Below, in pieces: positions 59,106 through 64,000 of a stretch of DNA of 64,000 bases. This DNA is from an uncultured Pelagibacteraceae bacterium (GTDB lineage Bacteria; Pseudomonadota; Alphaproteobacteria; Pelagibacterales; Pelagibacteraceae): the NCBI GenBank assembly GCA_902607945.1, contig CACLMD010000001.1, positions 88,272-152,271 on the forward strand, given 5' to 3'. Each line of letters starts with the position of its first letter. Position 1 is the first letter of the stretch. The notes under the pieces are model-generated. The model was given only the letters and a program-made list of their open reading frames with translations. It was not told the DNA's origin and did no database searches. Both the position numbers and the translations under genes were made by a program.

Positions 59106-59921
59106 ATGGAAAATTTAACAATGTACTGTTTGTGTATACACGATGAATTATTAAAAAAGGTCAACAAATTAGGTTATGAGCCTGTAGGTCTGGGTCAAAG
59201 TAATTATCAAAAAGGATGGGTAAGAGATAATACTGATGAGAATATTTCTAGTAAAAATAGTCACTATGGAGAATATTCATTTCATTACTGGCTTTGGAAA
59301 AATAAGATTGATATTTTTAAGAAGAGTGAATGGGTCGGATTTTGTGCTTACAGAAGATTTTGGTTAAATGAAAACTTTTTATCAAACTCACAAATGTCAT
59401 TTGAAGACAAGATATTAAAAAAGGTACCTAAAATTTGGAATAGCTATGAGGTAATTTTAGCAGAAAAAATTAATTTAGAAGAAATCAAGTTAATGAAAAT
59501 TTTGAAATATGGAAAATTAGCTTTAATTAATAATCCAAAATCTTTTTTTAAAAGTGGAAGAAATATCAAATTTCAATTTGATATGTTTCATGGGAATGGG
59601 GTTTTGGATAAAGCTATTAATGTATTAAACAAAAATGACAGGAATGATTTTAAAGATTATGTTAATAATAATAATTCATTCAATCAGGCAAATATGTTTA
59701 TCTGCAAGTCACAAGATCTACTAATGAGATATTACGAGAGTATATTTAGATGGTTATTTGATTGTGAAAAAATTTTTGGTTTTAATCTTAAGGGCTATGG
59801 TCAAATAAGATTATATGCCTTTTTAGCAGAGAGATTCTTGCCATATTGGTTTAAAAAAAATGCAAAATGTCTTGATTGGCCAATTATGTTTAATGATTTA
59901 AGAAAAGAAAATTTTAAATGA
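59106..59921 (+). CDS. DUF4422-like glycosyltransferase-associated protein
   Basis: DNTDENISSKN..YGE...YW.WKN, GFCAYRRF, NMFI and R.YAFLAER motifs. Confidence 0.75.
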   Translation: MENLTMYCLCIHDELLKKVNKLGYEPVGLGQSNYQKGWVRDNTDENISSKNSHYGEYSFHYWLWKNKIDIFKKSEWVGFCAYRRFWLNENFLSNSQMSFEDKILKKVPKIWNSYEVILAEKINLEEIKLMKILKYGKLALINNPKSFFKSGRNIKFQFDMFHGNGVLDKAINVLNKNDRNDFKDYVNNNNSFNQANMFICKSQDLLMRYYESIFRWLFDCEKIFGFNLKGYGQIRLYAFLAERFLPYWFKKNAKCLDWPIMFNDLRKENFK

Positions 59922-60634
59922 AACAAAAAAAAATTGTTATGACAGGAGGAAGTGGAAGATTTGCACAAGTATTTAAGAAAATTAGAAATAAGGAAAATTT
60001 TTTTTATCCATCTAAAAAAGCTTTGAATCTAAGAAATTTAAACTCTATTGAAAAATATATTAAGAAAATTCAACCAGATTATTTAATTCATTGCGCTGCC
60101 TTATCAAGGCCAATGGATATTCATGAAAAAAATATTGAGGAAAGTATTTCTACAAACATAATTGGAACTTCCAACATAGTTAAGGTTTGTAGTAAAAAAA
60201 ATATTAAGTTAATTTATTTTTCAACAAATTACGTTTATCCAGGAACTAAAGGAAATTATTCTGAAGAAGATCCAGTTTTACCGATTAATAATTATGCCCT
60301 ATCAAAAATGGGTGGTGAGTGTGCAGTACAAATGTATAAAAATTCTCTAATTTTAAGAATTTGTATGACTGAAAAACCATTCATTCATAAAAAAGCATTT
60401 AATGATGTTGTGACAAATTTTATGTATCATGAAGATTTTGCTAAGAACTTATTAAAACTATTAGATAAAAAGGGAATTATAAATGTTGGTGGGCCAAGTC
60501 AAATTATTTATAATTTTGCAAGGAAAACAAATCTTAAAGTTAAAGGAGTTTCAGCAAAAAAAATTTTAGGTAAAAAATTTCCTCTTAAGCAATCAATGAA
60601 TATTAATAAATATTCAAAAATTGTAAAAAAATAA
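59918..60634 (+). CDS. RmlD-like sugar nucleotide reductase (short form)
   Basis: TGGSG, IHCAA, STNYVY and YALSK motifs; in the rml cluster. Confidence 0.75.
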   Translation: MKQKKIVMTGGSGRFAQVFKKIRNKENFFYPSKKALNLRNLNSIEKYIKKIQPDYLIHCAALSRPMDIHEKNIEESISTNIIGTSNIVKVCSKKNIKLIYFSTNYVYPGTKGNYSEEDPVLPINNYALSKMGGECAVQMYKNSLILRICMTEKPFIHKKAFNDVVTNFMYHEDFAKNLLKLLDKKGIINVGGPSQIIYNFARKTNLKVKGVSAKKILGKKFPLKQSMNINKYSKIVKK

Positions 60635-60636
60635 AA

Positions 60637-61458
60637 TTATTTTTTAAGAATTTTAAGATATTTCTTGATTATCCAGTTTTCATAAATTCTATATAAATAA
60701 CTTCTTTTTGAAACATTCCTTTTAATTAAATTAGAAAAAAAATTTTCTTTTGTCGAATTTTTCATATTATTTTCATTTTTAAATCTAAAGTCATCAAAAT
60801 AGACTCTTAATTTCTTGTTATTTTCAAGATGTTTAGATTTGGTTAATCTTTTTTTACCGATATTAATTACTGTAACTGAGTCATAATATTCAACGGAGTT
60901 AATAATTTGAGAAAAATAATTTATTTCCTTTTTAATCATTGGATTTTTTCTATGTAGAATTTCCACTAAAGATTTTGAGAAATTTATAAATGAATATCTG
61001 GAAGGATTTTTAAAACCCTTCTCTCTCATAAAACTGGTATGCGTATCCTCTACCACAATCATTCCTTCGTAATTAATATGCTTTATGGACTCCATTAAAG
61101 TTGTGACTTGTTGAAGATTTGTATGACCACCATCATCAATTAAAATATCAATTTTACCAACTTTTTTATAAAATCTTTTCCAAAAATCAGGATTTGATTG
61201 ATCTCCAATGAATATCTTAAATCCGTTTTTTTCAAGTTTTTTTGCTTCAGGATTTAATTCAATTCCTATAATTTTTACTTTTTTTCCAAAATATTTTCTC
61301 CACATAAATAATGATCCACCATCTCCAACGCCTATCTCTACCAAAGTAATTTTTTTATTTACAAATCTCTTAAATAAATTTTCATATATCTCAAAATAAT
61401 TACTCCACTTTATTGAGTATTTAGGAGATTTTTTAAAAGAATTTTTTAGATTTTTCAT
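60637..61458 (-). CDS. SAM-dependent methyltransferase
   Basis: KW.NYF.IY, EIGVGDGGS, IGDQS, DILIDDGGH and EDTH motifs. Confidence 0.8.
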   Translation of the reverse strand: MKNLKNSFKKSPKYSIKWSNYFEIYENLFKRFVNKKITLVEIGVGDGGSLFMWRKYFGKKVKIIGIELNPEAKKLEKNGFKIFIGDQSNPDFWKRFYKKVGKIDILIDDGGHTNLQQVTTLMESIKHINYEGMIVVEDTHTSFMREKGFKNPSRYSFINFSKSLVEILHRKNPMIKKEINYFSQIINSVEYYDSVTVINIGKKRLTKSKHLENNKKLRVYFDDFRFKNENNMKNSTKENFFSNLIKRNVSKRSYLYRIYENWIIKKYLKILKK

Positions 61459-61530
61459 TTAATAAGAATATTAATTAGATAATACTTTTAAAGTATCTAT
61501 TGTCAAAATTAATAGATGAACAAATTATTT

Positions 61531-61607
61531 TGGTAGCGGGAAGTGGGATCGAACCACTGACCTCAGGCTTATGAGTCCTGCGCTCTAACCAACTGAGCTA
61601 CCCCGCC
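61531..61607 (-). tRNA. tRNA-Met(CAU), probably elongator
   Basis: Reverse complement GGCGGGGTAGCTCAGTTGGTTAGAGCGCAGGACTCATAAGCCTGAGGTCAGTGGTTCGATCCCACTTCCCGCTACCA. No initiator C1:A72 mismatch and no GGG:CCC anticodon stem. Confidence 0.92.
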
Positions 61608-61748
61608 AATGAATTATCGTTGATTTATAATAGATATTATTTTTAGTGCAATCAAGTTTTTAACTATCTTTATGCTAACTAGGCCTACGGTAAACTGATG
61701 TCATATAGACTCTTTATAGAAAACTTAAAAGGTAGTATAGATCTTAAA

Positions 61749-62873
61749 ATGATTAAGGTTTGGGATTATAAAAAAGAATATGAACTTCTTAGAAATGATA
61801 TTTTGGAGGCTGTTGATAGTGTTTTTAAAAGTGGAATATTAGTTTCAGGACCAAAAATAGATGAGTTTGAAAAAAAATTTTCATCTTATCATGATTGCCA
61901 GTTTGGTATTGGGGTTGGTAATGGTACAGATGCAATTACAATTTCCTTAAAAGCTATGGGTGTCACTACTAACAGTGAGGTAATAACTACTTCAAATACT
62001 GCTATTCCAACTGTTACTGGAATAGTCAATGCTGGTGCATCTGTAAAATTTGTCGATATCAATAATTATTCTCTAATAGATGTTAATAAAATAGAAAATG
62101 AAATTAATGAAAAAACTAAAGCAATTATCCCAGTGCACTTATATGGTCAAATGTGTGAAATGGACAAAATAATGGAATTAGCAAATAAATATGATCTTAA
62201 AGTTATAGAAGACTGCGCTCAATCACATGGAGCAACTTATAGAGGTAAAAAAGCTGGCTCCATAGGTCATGTTGGTTCCTTTTCTTTTTATCCTACAAAA
62301 ATTTTAGGAGCTTATGGAGATGGAGGGTGTATTACTACTAATGACGAACAAATTCATGACAGGATAAAAAGAATAAGATTTCTAGGAATGGACAAGAAAA
62401 AAAATTCATCAGAACATTGGAATGGAAAATATTATGCAGTGGAGCATGGAATGAATTCAAGATTAGACGAAGTCCATGCAGCGATACTTTTAAAAAAACT
62501 TAAATTTCTTGATGAATGGATCGATAGAAGAAGAGAGATTGCTGCTAAATATAATAAAGAATTAAAAAACACTTCTTTAAAGATTCCAGTCGAAAACCAT
62601 AATAACAAGCATGCATATTATGTTTATGTTGTTGCCCACCCAAAAAGGGATGAAATTATGTCAAATTTAGTGAAAAAAGATATTCATCTTAATATTATTT
62701 ATCCTTTCCCAATTCACATTATGAATGCGTATAAGCATTTTGTTAATAATCCATGTACACATTTAAAACAAACAGAAGAGGATGCAAAAAAAATATTTTC
62801 TTTACCAATATATCCCACTTTAACTGATAAAGAGCAAAACCTTGTGATTAAAGAGCTTAAAAAGTTAATTTAA
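61749..62873 (+). CDS. DegT/DnrJ/EryC1/StrS sugar aminotransferase
   Basis: GNGTDA, PVHLYG, EDCAQSHG, SFYPTKILGAYGDGG and NSRLDE motifs; likely start MIKVWDY. Confidence 0.92.
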   Translation: MIKVWDYKKEYELLRNDILEAVDSVFKSGILVSGPKIDEFEKKFSSYHDCQFGIGVGNGTDAITISLKAMGVTTNSEVITTSNTAIPTVTGIVNAGASVKFVDINNYSLIDVNKIENEINEKTKAIIPVHLYGQMCEMDKIMELANKYDLKVIEDCAQSHGATYRGKKAGSIGHVGSFSFYPTKILGAYGDGGCITTNDEQIHDRIKRIRFLGMDKKKNSSEHWNGKYYAVEHGMNSRLDEVHAAILLKKLKFLDEWIDRRREIAAKYNKELKNTSLKIPVENHNNKHAYYVYVVAHPKRDEIMSNLVKKDIHLNIIYPFPIHIMNAYKHFVNNPCTHLKQTEEDAKKIFSLPIYPTLTDKEQNLVIKELKKLI

Positions 62874-62883
62874 TGAAAGAAGT

Positions 62884-63081
62884 TTAAAATATTAATACAC
62901 CAAATAAAACTACGCCTAATGATGTGGCTGCTGTAAATATAAGTTTTTTTCTGCTCTCTTTTTTTTGATCTAATTTAACTCTATTTAGAAGAACATTAAT
63001 ATTGGTTGATTTAGTTTCACTTAAATTATTAATGGTCATTTTATTACTTAAAACTATTTTTTCTTTGTTAATTAAAGTCAT
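62884..63081 (-). CDS. Small protein with C-terminal transmembrane helix
   Basis: TNINVLLNRVK...KESRKK followed by a hydrophobic tail; paralog of the next gene. Confidence 0.65.
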   Translation of the reverse strand: MTLINKEKIVLSNKMTINNLSETKSTNINVLLNRVKLDQKKESRKKLIFTAATSLGVVLFGVLIF

Positions 63082-63130
63082 ATTTTTTACAATATTATCT
63101 AATCATTAAATTACAAAATTTACAAATCAT

Positions 63131-63361
63131 TTATATCGAAAGGTAAATTCCAAGCATTCCTAGCATAAACAAAAAGAAAAAAAAGATTGCGATGTTTTTT
63201 CTACTTTCTTTATTTGCTATTTGCTGAGCTTTTGCCTTAAGAACATTGATATCAACTTTTAAAGTTTTATTATGTTTATTTTTTAAAGGCTTTACCTCAG
63301 TCTCACTAATTTGTGGGGTCTCGTCTAATGTTATTTCTGATTCAAAGCCTTTTTCATTCAT
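63131..63361 (-). CDS. Small protein with C-terminal transmembrane helix (paralog)
   Basis: VDINVLKAK...KESRKN followed by a hydrophobic tail; likely ATG at 63361. Confidence 0.6.
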   Translation of the reverse strand: MNEKGFESEITLDETPQISETEVKPLKNKHNKTLKVDINVLKAKAQQIANKESRKNIAIFFFFLFMLGMLGIYLSI

Positions 63362-63474
63362 ACTTAAATTAAAACATGATTGTAAATTTAACACAAAATA
63401 AGAATAGATCAATTTGGGTCATTATTAGATTGACACATGTCCATTTTGGGTTTCAAATCAACATTTTATCATTT

Positions 63475-64000
63475 ATGAGTTTACGACAAATAGATTTTAC
63501 AAAAACGTTAACTGATCAACAGGTTTATGACGTTGTAATGGAAAATTATTCTTCTTTGAGCAAAGAGTGGATCTCTCATCAATGGAATTGGATGAATACT
63601 GTGTATTCTGCATTTAAGGATCATTATAAGTATATGATAGTTATTTGTTTAGTTGAAAAAACTCTTCAGTTCTATGATCAGATGAGTCTTAATTATACTT
63701 ATGAGGAATATTATTCAAAATCATATCTCCAAATAGATAAATTTAGTATATTAGAAATTTGTGAAAAACTTAATTTACCAAAAGAAACTGTTAGACGTAA
63801 AATTTTAGAGCTTGAAAAATTGGGTGTTTTAAAAAGACAAAAAAAACAAATAATTATTGATCGAACAGCATTTAATTTAATTAAACCTGAAAATCAAATA
63901 AAATTAACTTCTAATTACATTTATTTGGTTTCTCAGCTTCTTAATAAAAGTAATATTTATTCTGTAAAACTTAATCCGAAAGTAATTGAAAATATAATAA
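63475..64000 (+). CDS. Winged-helix DNA-binding protein (3' truncated by window edge; not in ORF track)
   Basis: Open frame MSLRQIDFTK...SILEICEKLNLPKETVRRKILELEKLGVL, a wHTH signature. Confidence 0.7.
   Translation, partial: MSLRQIDFTKTLTDQQVYDVVMENYSSLSKEWISHQWNWMNTVYSAFKDHYKYMIVICLVEKTLQFYDQMSLNYTYEEYYSKSYLQIDKFSILEICEKLNLPKETVRRKILELEKLGVLKRQKKQIIIDRTAFNLIKPENQIKLTSNYIYLVSQLLNKSNIYSVKLNPKVIENII

Noticed and set aside
1009-61399. Short antisense or alternative-frame ORFs in the track (e.g. 1009-1257, 1301-1561, 3982-4185, 9789-10055, 13607-13951, 18849-19205, 42609-42860, 61208-61399)
   Set aside because: They lie within or largely overlap well-supported genes and show no recognisable motifs; they are shadow ORFs.

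Overview
Very AT-rich, gene-dense alphaproteobacterial chromosome segment. Gene content and near-absent intergenic space suggest Pelagibacterales/SAR11 (inference). Most of the window is core metabolism: nadK, sfsA, map, purBCSQL, bolA/grxD, rpsD, cimA, cysS, nadE, class II DAHP synthase, glmS/glmU, prpDBC, nrdAB, dusA, rpoZ, an amino-acid ABC transporter, a speD-speE fusion with mtnN/apt, and rml genes. It also holds three tRNAs (Thr-UGU, Leu-UAA, Met-CAU). The standout feature is a tandem array of two integrase-less cassettes (A 1812-7948, about 6.1 kb; B 7949-10418, about 2.5 kb) inserted at the anticodon loop of tRNA-Leu(UAA). Each cassette duplicates the 5' half of the tRNA plus its promoter. 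Each is bracketed by its own arm-like tandem repeats (TTCCGAG for A, TGCTATAGT for B) at identical distances from the crossover core, and both share 10-bp-periodic TCCTAT and AGACT boxes. Cargo includes an HhaI-like (GCGC) restriction-modification pair with an EVE-domain gene, an operon headed by a ribbon-helix-helix (RHH) gene that includes a Cas4-like nuclease, and one MORN-repeat protein per cassette. Two +1 homopolymer frameshifts (glmS and a beta-hydroxyacid dehydrogenase) are probably sequencing errors. All family assignments come from motif recognition by eye; no searches were run.
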